Below are positions 37,602-47,224 of a DNA stretch of 64,000 nt, piece after piece. The position numbers were made by a program, and so were the translations under genes. The DNA is from a virus (lineage: Duplodnaviria; Heunggongvirae; Uroviricota; Caudoviricetes): the IMG/VR virus record IMGVR_UViG_3300007735_000926, positions 5,683 through 69,682 of that record. One strand, 5' to 3'. The number at the start of each line of letters is the position of its first letter. The first letter of the stretch is position 1. The notes below the pieces were generated by a model, which saw nothing but the letters and a program-made list of their open reading frames with translations, was not told the DNA's origin and ran no database searches.

Positions 37602-38624
37602 TCATTTGATCAATTTCATTTTTACGGTCGCGGCCAACCCTTTATGGGTGTTTTTCAGAATTAAATCTGTCGGGTATTCGTTCATCTCGTATGCATTACA
37701 CACCGCATTTAAATCTTTGAAGCGTTTTCCATCATACTCAGGCCAGATAAAGACTTTCTCCCCCATCTCTATCAGCTTTAAGGTCTTTTCTCGTGCGGTT
37801 TTATCAATCCATTGACTATCCAACACCCAAATCCTCTCAAAGAATTTCAGACCATCCATTTGTTCTTGTTGAATGAGGGTGAATAATTGATCACCTTTAG
37901 TGATGCCGCCCAGTCCCAGACCATTCTTCACAAAACAAGCATCTAATGGTCCTTCGACAATAAATACTTTGTCCAGATCTGTAGAAATTCTTTCGATACC
38001 AAACACACTCTTTTCACCACCATCTTTAGATAGATAACTAGGTGATTCGTCATCCAAAATTTTACGAGTCTGGTAATAGATGATCTTACCCGATTCATCT
38101 TTAAAAGGTATAATAAGACGATTATCATGCTTTTTATCCTTTAAGGAAATATAAAAAGCATCAGGACGATTTATTGCGGTGTCGAGTCCTCTTTCCTTGA
38201 TATAAGCTAATGCTTTTTGAACAATTTTGTTATTCTTATAATAGTCTGTCTGATTTTTATCCGATAAATTGATGCTATCCAATGGTAAAGATGATATTAT
38301 CTTTTCTTTTTTAGGATTTTCTTCCAAATCCATCACATTTATCATTCCGAAATTTCCTTTTTCTATTTCATCAACAATTTGATCGAATGACAAACCTGAT
38401 ACTTCTTTAATCCATTTATAGGGTTTGGACGACCATCCGCAATTATGACAATAGATGATGTCATTTTCTGGAATATAGAAACATCTCTTCTTCGATCCCC
38501 AACTCTTACCTTCTCTACAAATTGGACAGCAGCAATTATACGTATTCCCGTGAGTATTATGACTCACTTTATATCCAAACTCATAGAATTTAGATATCAC
38601 ATAATCACTCGGAATTTCAACCAT
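37602..38624 (-). CDS. gp61: DNA primase (T4 gp61-like)
   Basis: Zn finger CPIC...CHNCG; RLIIPF; TOPRIM VEGPLDA, VLD; start reset to MVEIP. Confidence 0.92.
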   Translation of the reverse strand: MVEIPSDYVISKFYEFGYKVSHNTHGNTYNCCCPICREGKSWGSKKRCFYIPENDIIYCHNCGWSSKPYKWIKEVSGLSFDQIVDEIEKGNFGMINVMDLEENPKKEKIISSLPLDSINLSDKNQTDYYKNNKIVQKALAYIKERGLDTAINRPDAFYISLKDKKHDNRLIIPFKDESGKIIYYQTRKILDDESPSYLSKDGGEKSVFGIERISTDLDKVFIVEGPLDACFVKNGLGLGGITKGDQLFTLIQQEQMDGLKFFERIWVLDSQWIDKTAREKTLKLIEMGEKVFIWPEYDGKRFKDLNAVCNAYEMNEYPTDLILKNTHKGLAATVKMKLIK

Positions 38625-38892
38625 TCTTTTTTGATTGGTTGTCGTATTCCGCCTTGATAACACTGAAGATATTTTTTGGGAGATTTTCAACGTATTCCAC
38701 GATACCATTCTCTTTTGCGAAGTCAAATTTTTCCTTTGTTACTCTTTGAACTTCCAACAAAGGTGTGGTAAGAAAAATATATTCCTCACCATCTTTTTTA
38801 ATAAAATTGAAGAATTGTCCGACGAAATCTCCAGCTTGCACAGCATAAACATCGCCTTTTTTAATTTCACGTTTTAAAAAATTAAAAATCAC
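38617..38892 (-). CDS. hypothetical protein
   Basis: 91 aa, overlapping neighbours in operon fashion. Confidence 0.65.
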   Translation of the reverse strand: MIFNFLKREIKKGDVYAVQAGDFVGQFFNFIKKDGEEYIFLTTPLLEVQRVTKEKFDFAKENGIVEYVENLPKNIFSVIKAEYDNQSKKNG

Positions 38893-39193
38893 CTTGTATA
38901 TTCATTCTACTGGCCATGAATTCTCCGAATTTCTGAACGAAAAGATTTTGCATGGCATTATCCTCCATTTTATTATTATGGAATGTAATTTCCACTATAT
39001 TACCATCCAAATCGTAACCAAAAAGGTTACCACATGTTAGGAATTCTTGCATTGTGGATTTCAACGCCCCCTTCACTCCGCTTTTGCTAACCCTTTTTTC
39101 TTTCTTAAGCTTCTGCTTCAAAGATTCTCTGAGGATTTCTAAAACCTTCTCATCCACGAATGTTTCATCGGGGGGTTCTTCTCCCATATTCAT
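38882..39193 (-). CDS. hypothetical protein
   Basis: 103 aa; TAAATA-N5-ATG. Confidence 0.65.
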   Translation of the reverse strand: MNMGEEPPDETFVDEKVLEILRESLKQKLKKEKRVSKSGVKGALKSTMQEFLTCGNLFGYDLDGNIVEITFHNNKMEDNAMQNLFVQKFGEFMASRMNIQGDF

Positions 39194-39201
39194 AATATTA
39201 T

Positions 39202-39528
39202 TTAGTCTTTCTTATAGACCGAATCATCTTGGACTTGTCCAACATTTTTTTCCAATAAAGTTGTGATAATGATTTCCATGCTTCGAGTTTTAAGGTTGAA
39301 ATTTTTAATGAAACGATTTCCACCATCATTAATCTCAAATAAAACATCACCGTTGAATTCTTTATTTTGATAACAAGTAATTATCACGGATGAATTACTA
39401 GGATCTACCATTACTGACCACTTACGAGGATCATGTTGAGCATATTTATCGAATAATTTAACAACAATGAAACCAGAATCTCTTAATCTCTTAACAAAAT
39501 AACCCTGTGTGGTGATATTATTCTTCAT
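39202..39528 (-). CDS. hypothetical protein
   Basis: 108 aa; TAAATA-N5-ATG. Confidence 0.7.
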   Translation of the reverse strand: MKNNITTQGYFVKRLRDSGFIVVKLFDKYAQHDPRKWSVMVDPSNSSVIITCYQNKEFNGDVLFEINDGGNRFIKNFNLKTRSMEIIITTLLEKNVGQVQDDSVYKKD

Positions 39529-39571
39529 TAAAATATTTACCGTTATTTGATTTTTTACAATAGCAATTCTA

Positions 39572-39775
39572 TTATTTGAAAATAGTATCTCGAACTATGT
39601 CTAAATATTCTGAATTTTCTCCGATTGGACAATTGAAACAATAATCCCACAAATATCCTTCAGTGTATTTATCAACAAATCCAACAATATTTTTATATAT
39701 GTTATTTTGTTGTTCTTGAAGAAATTGGATCTCTGCTCTCGCATCTTCTATCTGTGATTTAATATATTCATCCAT
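39572..39775 (-). CDS. small hypothetical protein
   Basis: 67 aa ORF following the clamp gene. Confidence 0.55.
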   Translation of the reverse strand: MDEYIKSQIEDARAEIQFLQEQQNNIYKNIVGFVDKYTEGYLWDYCFNCPIGENSEYLDIVRDTIFK

Positions 39776-39777
39776 AA

Positions 39778-40485
39778 TTAATTTTTTAAAGAACTGAAGA
39801 TATATTCCATCTCAAAATCGCCATTTCTAGTGATAATACATCCGACACCTAATTTGGAATTTATCTTGAATATATTACCTGTCTTAGAGACTTTAGATAG
39901 CAATTTCAAATTATCAATCTTCAAGATGAAAGCATTCAATTCGAAATCGACTTCATCACCAATAATACTTAAAGAATCACTATTCGGAACAGTTTCATCC
40001 CCGATTTTCCACACCAAATGATCATCCTCTGTTGAGATATATAATTTTGCAGTGTTGGTAATCGATGACTTTTGAATGAGGTTTGAGAGAAAATCAAAAT
40101 CTAAATCAAATTCAATGTTGTATTCGAAATTACGAATTTTTTCCAATGATAACTTTGGTCTAGTGATGACACCTTCCTCGTGGAGGTGATACTTAAATTT
40201 GATTTGCTTATCTTTATACTCTAAATGATTACCATTCAATTTCATTCTGAGGTTTTCAGATGAAATCATATCCAAAGCTTTGGAAAGTTTCTTCAAAGAG
40301 GGCAAATTCAAATTTTTATACTCGAAATCCCCTTGTAGATAAGCGTGAGCATACATGGAATTGTCTTCGCTCGAAGCAATCGCATGTATCCCATCATCGG
40401 TCATCTCCAAAATACATGTATCATGTATTTGGGACAAGCTTAGTAATAGGCACTGAAACGGTTTTTTGCTTAGATTGATTTGCAT
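39778..40485 (-). CDS. gp45: DNA polymerase sliding clamp (gp45/PCNA-like)
   Basis: 235 aa two-domain alpha/beta pattern; KFKYHL, FILKIDNLKLL; replication block context. Confidence 0.7.
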   Translation of the reverse strand: MQINLSKKPFQCLLLSLSQIHDTCILEMTDDGIHAIASSEDNSMYAHAYLQGDFEYKNLNLPSLKKLSKALDMISSENLRMKLNGNHLEYKDKQIKFKYHLHEEGVITRPKLSLEKIRNFEYNIEFDLDFDFLSNLIQKSSITNTAKLYISTEDDHLVWKIGDETVPNSDSLSIIGDEVDFELNAFILKIDNLKLLSKVSKTGNIFKINSKLGVGCIITRNGDFEMEYIFSSLKN

Positions 40486-40876
40486 ACAACCTTTCTAACA
40501 GATTATTTTGCTTTGTCAACTTTTGAGAGATTTCCTTCAATATCATAATCATCTCTTCCGCTTTAGTAGGTTCCAAATTAAATTCCAATTGTCCATCATT
40601 CACTTTGTTTGGTGTTTCTTGTGGCGGAATATAAGGGAGATTGACAATAGGTGGCTGTGGAACCTGCGGATATTGCATAGGATGCGTCGGGAATGCCATT
40701 TGCGGTGCTTGCGGTGCTTGTTGACGCTGCGTTTGAATATAATCATTCAATCCATTTTTTAAAGTCTGGGTTGACGTAACAAGTGTAGATGGTCGCTCGA
40801 CCATCATTTGATCAATTTGACTGGATTGACCAATCAAAAATGCCATTGCTTCAATTTCTTCTGGGATATTGCTCAT
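40421..40876 (-). CDS. Pro/Gln-rich hypothetical protein
   Basis: 151 aa; contains QLEFNL, resembling a clamp-binding peptide. Confidence 0.6.
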   Translation of the reverse strand: MSNIPEEIEAMAFLIGQSSQIDQMMVERPSTLVTSTQTLKNGLNDYIQTQRQQAPQAPQMAFPTHPMQYPQVPQPPIVNLPYIPPQETPNKVNDGQLEFNLEPTKAEEMIMILKEISQKLTKQNNLLERLYANQSKQKTVSVPITKLVPNT

Positions 40877-40883
40877 ATTTTTA

Positions 40884-40920
40884 AAAGGGAAACCCTCCCC
40901 ACCGATTGATGGGGAGGGTT
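40884..40920 (-). terminator. GC-rich hairpin terminator after the SSB gene
   Basis: AACCCTCCCCA-N8-TGGGGAGGGTT followed by TCCCTTTT on the minus strand. Confidence 0.8.
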
Positions 40921-40926
40921 GATTAG

Positions 40927-41844
40927 TTAGTCGTCCAATCCAGCAAGAAGATCATCGATTTCATCATCTTCGTCTTCAACTGGTGGCTTTTTAGCTTTCG
41001 GTGTTTGCTTTGGCTTCTCGTGGACAAATGGAATTTCATCGTCCTCGTCTTCATCCTCGGTGACCACTTCCTTCTTGGCTTGCTTCAGAGGCTTTCGCTC
41101 TTCCTTTTCTTCACCAACAAAGAAATGTTCATTGAGAACATCCTGAAGTTCGTCATAGGTCTTAACCGAATAAACAGCTTCAAGATCGTGAATAGTTTCA
41201 CAAATCGCATCAACCTCTTCTTCGCTCAGAACAACCTTAGACTTGGTTGTAATGAAAGATGATTCGAAAGTGGTGAATTCACCCTTCTTTTCAGCGACAA
41301 TCTTGAAATCATGTCCTTTAGTCGGGTCGAAAATGTCCCAACCAAGTTCATCCGAGCGTTCACCTTCAGTGGCATCATCAATAATCTTCTTGAGTTGTGG
41401 TCCCATACGAAGAATCTTCACAGTGCCATTGTTTTCAGGTTTAGCTGGGTCATTGACCACATAGACATTAACCAACCATTGTTCTTTCTGTGTAATTTCG
41501 GCCTTATAATCCTTATTTTCAGCCTTGGGATTGGCTTCCTTCCAGCCCTTCCAAAGCTTCCAACGAAGTTCAGCAATCGGATCACGATCACCAAAGGTCT
41601 GCAATCCAAGGAAACTCATGTAAGAGCCTGTGGCCTTGCTGTTCCAGCCATGAACCCAATGATGGAAGAGTGACTTTTCAGGGTTCTCCACATTAGGGAT
41701 CAATCGCAGAGTATAGGTATTCCCAGCAGGAAAACTCATGATATTTGAGAATTGTCCACCGGATGATTCGCTACTCTTGTTTAAAGCTGCCTTGATCGAA
41801 TCGAACATTGCAGCACCGAATTTACTTTTTGTTGTTTTACTCAT
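40927..41844 (-). CDS. gp32: single-stranded DNA-binding protein (T4 gp32-like)
   Basis: LRLIP, HGW, DPIAE, NVYVVNDPAKPENNGTVK, FDP.KG.DFK, acidic tail. Confidence 0.92.
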   Translation of the reverse strand: MSKTTKSKFGAAMFDSIKAALNKSSESSGGQFSNIMSFPAGNTYTLRLIPNVENPEKSLFHHWVHGWNSKATGSYMSFLGLQTFGDRDPIAELRWKLWKGWKEANPKAENKDYKAEITQKEQWLVNVYVVNDPAKPENNGTVKILRMGPQLKKIIDDATEGERSDELGWDIFDPTKGHDFKIVAEKKGEFTTFESSFITTKSKVVLSEEEVDAICETIHDLEAVYSVKTYDELQDVLNEHFFVGEEKEERKPLKQAKKEVVTEDEDEDDEIPFVHEKPKQTPKAKKPPVEDEDDEIDDLLAGLDD

Positions 41845-41932
41845 ATGTTTTTAGTTATTTTAGTTGTTTTTTTTTCAGTTGATTTGATTATTGTTAATCA
41901 TTAATATATATCAGTATATCAACATTTGTCAA
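41845..41932 (-). promoter_or_regulatory. SSB promoter and unstructured A-rich leader (candidate autogenous operator)
   Basis: TTGACA at 41927-41932; G-poor leader with AACTAAAA twice. Confidence 0.45.
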
Positions 41933-42815
41933 GATGTTTCAATCTTGAAACTCTTATTTTATTTTTATGTTCTTCGGATTTAGGTATGCCAGATTTAGCT
42001 CTACTTATTTTTTCTTTGGTTTCTTCTGAAAGAATTTTACCCAACTTAGCTTTTCTCATTTTTTCCTTAGTTTCTTCTGACAATGGTTTACCTAATTTCG
42101 CCTTCCTCATCTTCTCTCTCGACTCCATAGGCATACACCTACCCAATGCCGATTTTCTCATTTTTTCCTTGGCTTCCTCCGTATGTGTATGGCCTAATCT
42201 AGCCATTTTAGCATTTTCTTTATGTTCATCTGATAATGATTTTCCTTTTTTAGATTTACTTATTTTTTGTTTTGTTTCTTCTGAAACAGATTTCCCTAAT
42301 CTAAAATTTCTCATTTTTTCTTTTGATTCTTCAGTATGGGTTCTTCCGAGACATCTTATTTTAAAATCTTCTGATCTGGGTTTTCTCAATTTTTGTTTAG
42401 TTTCTTCAGGTTTCGGTTTTCCGATTCTCGACAAACTCATTTTTTTCCTAGTTTCATCAGAACATTTGTGACCAGTTCTATCTGTTGAAAACTTGCACCT
42501 ATTATAACCTTTGTTTATATCGAAAGAATTAAATTTTTGAATAAAAAATGCTTCTCGTTCCAATAATTCATCATTATCTTTATGTTTGTCGAAATTTTCA
42601 AAAATTTCCAATATTTCAACTTCAAAAGAATCCCACCCGTGCTTTATCATAGCTTTTTCAAAATAAGTATCGCCTATTATTTTCTTCGCACTACTTTTGT
42701 GTGAATTAATTCTGGAATATAAATTTACAGATTTTCCTATGTAAATTTTACCATTATCAATACAAGTTATTTTATATATTCCAGCTTTATTCGAAAGATT
42801 TATATCAATACCCAT
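41919..42815 (-). CDS. free-standing GIY-YIG homing endonuclease with NUMOD3 repeats
   Basis: AGIYKI...KIYIGKS, GYN, repeated SEETKEKMRKAKLGK. Confidence 0.93.
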   Translation of the reverse strand: MGIDINLSNKAGIYKITCIDNGKIYIGKSVNLYSRINSHKSSAKKIIGDTYFEKAMIKHGWDSFEVEILEIFENFDKHKDNDELLEREAFFIQKFNSFDINKGYNRCKFSTDRTGHKCSDETRKKMSLSRIGKPKPEETKQKLRKPRSEDFKIRCLGRTHTEESKEKMRNFRLGKSVSEETKQKISKSKKGKSLSDEHKENAKMARLGHTHTEEAKEKMRKSALGRCMPMESREKMRKAKLGKPLSEETKEKMRKAKLGKILSEETKEKISRAKSGIPKSEEHKNKIRVSRLKHLDKC

Positions 42816-43448
42816 TCATATACTTAACTGCTTAGAAACCTTTTCAATTGCTTGTCTTGATAATTCCTTCATTTTCTTGCTCAGATAAAATTTGTTTTTT
42901 GTTTTTTGAAACGTAATCCAAAAGTCTGAAAAAATAAAATCCAGAATCCGATTCTCCACCTCTATTTTCGAAACACCTAAAGCATGCAATGCATACATAT
43001 TGATATGATGATTCTTTAAATGTTCAATCATATTTGGTAAAGAGTCACTAATATATAATGGATATGACTCCAAAGTCAAGTCTTTTTCTTTACAAAAATT
43101 TTTAATAAATTTAAGGCCATCGACCAATCGTTTAAGAGAATTCTCCGAATCGGGATCATCCATCTCAATTTTTTTCATGTATTGAGAATATGCTTTCTTC
43201 GCCTTGGAAGACAAATAAAATTCGAGATCAAAATAATCATCGTCCTCGAAAATTGCATAAGGAGCAGAGAAATAATCATCAATTTTAATATTCTGATAAT
43301 TATTAAAAAATCTCTCTAATGATGCGAGATAATCCAACTTGGATTGATCCATATCAGAAAAATCTTTCCTGATGCGAAATGGTTTGTCTCTCATCTTACG
43401 AGAAATTGCTAAATGAGAATTGTAAATTCTTTTTTGAAAATCTGTCAT
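42816..43448 (-). CDS. putative helicase loader (T4 gp59-like)
   Basis: 210 aa basic/aromatic protein in the gp59 position upstream of SSB; sequence resemblance is weak. Confidence 0.4.
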   Translation of the reverse strand: MTDFQKRIYNSHLAISRKMRDKPFRIRKDFSDMDQSKLDYLASLERFFNNYQNIKIDDYFSAPYAIFEDDDYFDLEFYLSSKAKKAYSQYMKKIEMDDPDSENSLKRLVDGLKFIKNFCKEKDLTLESYPLYISDSLPNMIEHLKNHHINMYALHALGVSKIEVENRILDFIFSDFWITFQKTKNKFYLSKKMKELSRQAIEKVSKQLSI

Positions 43449-43461
43449 TGAAAATTTATTT

Positions 43462-43872
43462 TCAGGACTTATGAATGAAATATACAGTATCCTTTAATTC
43501 TGAATTTTCAAAAATGTTCCCAATTATCTCAGATTGATAAACGCCGCTTACTACGGCATTGGGACACCACCATCCCAAAGATGATGAAAAAGTGACATCA
43601 TCATAATAATATTCAAGATTCGGTTCGACTGTTTTAATGGGGAAATCAATCTTGAGAATGTCACCCTCATAAATTTCTTTACCATTTTTATCTTTAAATC
43701 CTGTGTATCTTTGAGGAACAATGCAAGTCTTCGAAAGATCGACAGGTCTATCAAAAGCACCCATTTCATAATCGTATGAAACCAATTTACCATTACCATC
43801 TATAGCATATTTGGATGGTGGTTGAAATCTACGTGCTATTTTATTCCAAAATCTAAATTTAATTTCCGACAT
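43462..43872 (-). CDS. YopX family protein
   Basis: EIKFRFW, YTGFKDKNGKEIYEGDIL, EIIGNIFEN. Confidence 0.9.
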   Translation of the reverse strand: MSEIKFRFWNKIARRFQPPSKYAIDGNGKLVSYDYEMGAFDRPVDLSKTCIVPQRYTGFKDKNGKEIYEGDILKIDFPIKTVEPNLEYYYDDVTFSSSLGWWCPNAVVSGVYQSEIIGNIFENSELKDTVYFIHKS

Positions 43873-44173
43873 TTTTACGCTCTTGTTTTCTATTTTTCGT
43901 CTTATCAGTTCTATTATTCAAAAATTTTGTCACATATTTTGACTTCGCAATGCTTGGGTCATATTCTAAAAATACTTTAACAAGTTCTTGGTCAGAATCA
44001 AGTGATAAAATCGTCTTCAAAATTGTTTTCAATTTCTCTTCTTGAAGAGTAGTCACAAAAACATTTTGAATTGATAATTTCTTTCCTTTGAGATGATTTA
44101 CGAAGGAACAGTAACAGAGGAAAAGATGATTAATCTCTTCCTCGACAATTTCGGATGATGGGTCAAATGTCAT
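43859..44173 (-). CDS. hypothetical protein
   Basis: 104 aa; ATGA-coupled. Confidence 0.65.
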   Translation of the reverse strand: MTFDPSSEIVEEEINHLFLCYCSFVNHLKGKKLSIQNVFVTTLQEEKLKTILKTILSLDSDQELVKVFLEYDPSIAKSKYVTKFLNNRTDKTKNRKQERKNVGN

Positions 44174-45024
44174 AATTCTTTAAGTGTTTCGCTGAATTTC
44201 AAAAATTCTTTAGTGATTTTACCTCCTGATGCCCATTCACCGCCACCACCGTCGCACAGATTAGCAGCCATTTTAGCAATGTCAATCTCTGATCCCTTGT
44301 ATTTTCTGAAAGAAACGAATTGTGTATCAGGATTCATCACGATCACAACGTCTCCTTGATAATTTTCCATGATGGAATGGGATAATTCGTTCACGGAGAA
44401 CTTGGAAATTGTGGAAATGACTTTAGCACCCTCATATTCCCCTGTAAATAGGGTAATTTCTCCCAGTTCCTTCTCCAATTCCTTGAAAAATCCTTCAGCA
44501 AGCGTTACTTCTGTTGCAGTGAACCCGTCGAATCCTTTCCAGAAGCGATTTACGAAATTAACAAAGCGATTTCCACCAGATTTTCGATAAAGAGCATTCA
44601 AATACTTAGTTTCTTCATGTTTCAGGTCGTAAGAATTGTAATCGTCAACATAAAGAAAGAATTTTTTCAAATTTTTTGTAAATTCTATCTTTTCTTTGAA
44701 TTTTTTATACAAAAGCTTGGTGCAAGATGAACATTCTGCTTGAATCATAGTCGAATCCCACACTTTAAAGTCTTCAGGACGGTCAGAAACGAATACCACA
44801 CGATGATCATCAATCTTTTTGATAAGATTTTGATCCAAAACCATGCCAACTATGAAGATTTTATCGTAATCCTCAGCATTTTCTTTGGCCCAGAGTAGAT
44901 ATTGCTCCTCAAACTTACCAAAAAAACAGTGACGGTATTCAAAATTCTTAAACAAATTGCCCAAAAGGACGGTAGAACCTATACCATCCAAATCAGAGTT
45001 AACCCAAGCAAAAATTTTCGACAT
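44170..45024 (-). CDS. DHH/DHHA1-family protein with degenerate catalytic motifs
   Basis: NSDLDGIGS, CSSCTKL, VDDYNSY, VSFR, GGGGEWASG; start reset to MSKIF. Confidence 0.75.
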   Translation of the reverse strand: MSKIFAWVNSDLDGIGSTVLLGNLFKNFEYRHCFFGKFEEQYLLWAKENAEDYDKIFIVGMVLDQNLIKKIDDHRVVFVSDRPEDFKVWDSTMIQAECSSCTKLLYKKFKEKIEFTKNLKKFFLYVDDYNSYDLKHEETKYLNALYRKSGGNRFVNFVNRFWKGFDGFTATEVTLAEGFFKELEKELGEITLFTGEYEGAKVISTISKFSVNELSHSIMENYQGDVVIVMNPDTQFVSFRKYKGSEIDIAKMAANLCDGGGGEWASGGKITKEFLKFSETLKEL

Positions 45025-45052
45025 ACTATAATTAGTATTATCGAAAAATTTG

Positions 45053-46369
45053 TCAATCTGATAATTTTTCAAGCAAACTGAGTTCATCATCGCTCATAAT
45101 TTCTTCTTCATCATCCTCCGATTGGTATACTGTGAGCGTTGAGTATTCAATTCTCATAGTCTGCACCATTCCTCTCGGTCCAAACCTATTTTTCATCATT
45201 CCTAGACGGATTACGCCCATTTCCTGATCTTCTTCGTTCTGGAAGATGGATGTGATTACGTCGGCAGTCATGACAATCGCCAAAGACTCAGCAACACCCG
45301 ACATATCAGGGTTATTCTGCCCAACAGCAGATCGATTTAGCTGACAAGCTGAAATAATAGGACATTTGTAGACATAGGATAACGCTCTGACTTGTTCACA
45401 GATGTTTTTACCCTTCTCATAAGAATTTACACCAGCAGCAGTCATCAAAGTGATGTAATCAAGCACGATAGCATCGATTCTGATACCAGAATCTTTCATT
45501 TTCTTAATGAAGGCACCCAATTGCTTTGGTGTAATCGTAGATGGTGGAAATTCTTTAATATAAATCCTACCATCAGTGTTCTTATGCTCTTCTTCCAGAG
45601 CATGTCGAAGCGTTGGAACACAATTACGGAACTCCTTCATGGGAATCTTCGTCACATTGGACGCGATTCTCTTCGCATATAGCGTTTCTGACATCTCCAG
45701 AGTCACCACAAGCACATGCTTACCCTGTGAAGCTATGTTCGCTGCGACATTGCCAAGGAAGATACTCTTACCGATGTTGGATTGTCCTGCAAATACATAC
45801 AAACTCTTACCAGCTTCTTGAAATCCACCCCCCAATGCTTCATCCAACCATGGCCACTTGGAAGAAATGGTGTTTTCGTCACTCAAAATGTCGTCAATAA
45901 CCTTCTCAACATCACCATAAAGCTCAATTCCCTTATCAATATTAAGGTTGATACCAGCAATTTTCTCAAATTTCTCTACAATCTTAGTAGTATCGGCATC
46001 TCCTTCTGAGATTTCTTCTGCTGATTCCAAAATGGAGTAATACATTCCCCTTTCCTTGAGAAATCTTTCAGTATTTTCATACAACTCATCTTCATTGTGG
46101 TTGGAATCTATCTCCTTGAACGACTCGATCAACTTCTTGAAGTTGGATTTGAGATCGTCCGTGGTGAGATATGTCTTTACTTCCGTGAAAGTGGGGAGAG
46201 ATTGACGTTTCTCATAGAAATCAGCAACAATCTCGAAATATTTCGCGATGTTTTTGTCCGTAAAATACTTTGGTTGAACGTAATCAGCGATAGATGCCAA
46301 ATAAGCACCATTCGTGATCGCGTTCTTCACCAGAACTTTTTCAAAATAATCAAAATCTATTTCTGACAT
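45053..46369 (-). CDS. gp41: replicative DnaB-like helicase (T4 gp41-like)
   Basis: GQSNIGKS, TLEMSE, IKEFP, LDYI, CQLNRS, AES, MKNRFG. Confidence 0.95.
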   Translation of the reverse strand: MSEIDFDYFEKVLVKNAITNGAYLASIADYVQPKYFTDKNIAKYFEIVADFYEKRQSLPTFTEVKTYLTTDDLKSNFKKLIESFKEIDSNHNEDELYENTERFLKERGMYYSILESAEEISEGDADTTKIVEKFEKIAGINLNIDKGIELYGDVEKVIDDILSDENTISSKWPWLDEALGGGFQEAGKSLYVFAGQSNIGKSIFLGNVAANIASQGKHVLVVTLEMSETLYAKRIASNVTKIPMKEFRNCVPTLRHALEEEHKNTDGRIYIKEFPPSTITPKQLGAFIKKMKDSGIRIDAIVLDYITLMTAAGVNSYEKGKNICEQVRALSYVYKCPIISACQLNRSAVGQNNPDMSGVAESLAIVMTADVITSIFQNEEDQEMGVIRLGMMKNRFGPRGMVQTMRIEYSTLTVYQSEDDEEEIMSDDELSLLEKLSD

Positions 46370-46518
46370 TAATGATCCTTCTTATCTTTTTTTAATATTT
46401 CTTCCAAAATAAAACAAACAAATTCCACTTGGAACAAAAATTCTTCATTGTCGGTATCGCCATTTTTGATACTCTCTTCAATTTGTTTGATGACCCCTAT
46501 TACATTTCTATCTGTCAT
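46369..46518 (-). CDS. 49-aa ORF below the track cutoff (MTDRNVIGVIKQIEESIK...)
   Basis: TAATG overlaps with both flanking genes and fills the gap exactly. Confidence 0.6.
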   Translation of the reverse strand: MTDRNVIGVIKQIEESIKNGDTDNEEFLFQVEFVCFILEEILKKDKKDH

Positions 46519-47186
46519 TAGCTACCGTATTGTTCTAAATAATATTTCTCCCCAGCTTTCCAATCCTCCGTGAATTCTCTCAATCCCGGCGATTCGTGAG
46601 TAATTATAATATCACCCACTCCAATTTTCAAGCCTTTTTGTAAAGCTCTGGTACAAAGATTCAGATCGTAAAAATGGAATTTTGATGGGCAATTCTCATC
46701 AAATCTCACAGTCTCGATAGCTTTCCGATTGAATGCCATGAAAACACCATCAATCATCACCACTCTCTGTGGGTAAGCACCAAAGCTTGTCATGTATTTC
46801 TTGTCAGCGTGTTTATGAGCCACCGCGCCGTGTAAATTACCTTGCCCCATCAGATGCCAGAGAGCGGGAGACTTGATTTCTGCTTTGGAACATCCAGCAA
46901 CACCGATAATATCAAATTCTTGGAATAATTTTTCCAATTTTGGACGAGGATCATGTTCCAGATGCACATCATCGTGAACAAATATAACATAATCAAATTT
47001 TTCTTTGATAGCAGTATCAAGAAATTCGTTGTAAACCTTGGCAAGTCCGCGTGTATTGTTCAATTTAACATGACTAAATTCATCCAATTTTAATTCAATC
47101 AATGAATCCGCTAATGGAAAATGCCAATCACATTTTTTACTAGCCGAGAAAATGCAAATATTTGAAGAGACGTTCGAATTCGACAT
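46518..47186 (-). CDS. glycosyltransferase (GT-A, GT2-like)
   Basis: GLAKVYN, IFVHDDV, IGVAG, IDGVFMA, FDE...FHFYD, THESPG. Confidence 0.8.
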   Translation of the reverse strand: MSNSNVSSNICIFSASKKCDWHFPLADSLIELKLDEFSHVKLNNTRGLAKVYNEFLDTAIKEKFDYVIFVHDDVHLEHDPRPKLEKLFQEFDIIGVAGCSKAEIKSPALWHLMGQGNLHGAVAHKHADKKYMTSFGAYPQRVVMIDGVFMAFNRKAIETVRFDENCPSKFHFYDLNLCTRALQKGLKIGVGDIIITHESPGLREFTEDWKAGEKYYLEQYGS

Positions 47187-47220
47187 GTAATTACCTTAAC
47201 ATTGTCCAGATAGAAGTCAA
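47187..47220 (-). promoter_or_regulatory. sigma70-like promoter, leaderless
   Basis: TTGACT-N16(with TG)-TAAGGT-N6-ATG. Confidence 0.5.
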
Positions 47221-47224
47221 ATTT

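Noticed and set aside
41926-42471. 181-aa hydrophobic plus-strand ORF
   Set aside because: Antisense shadow of the Lys/Glu-rich NUMOD3 repeats.
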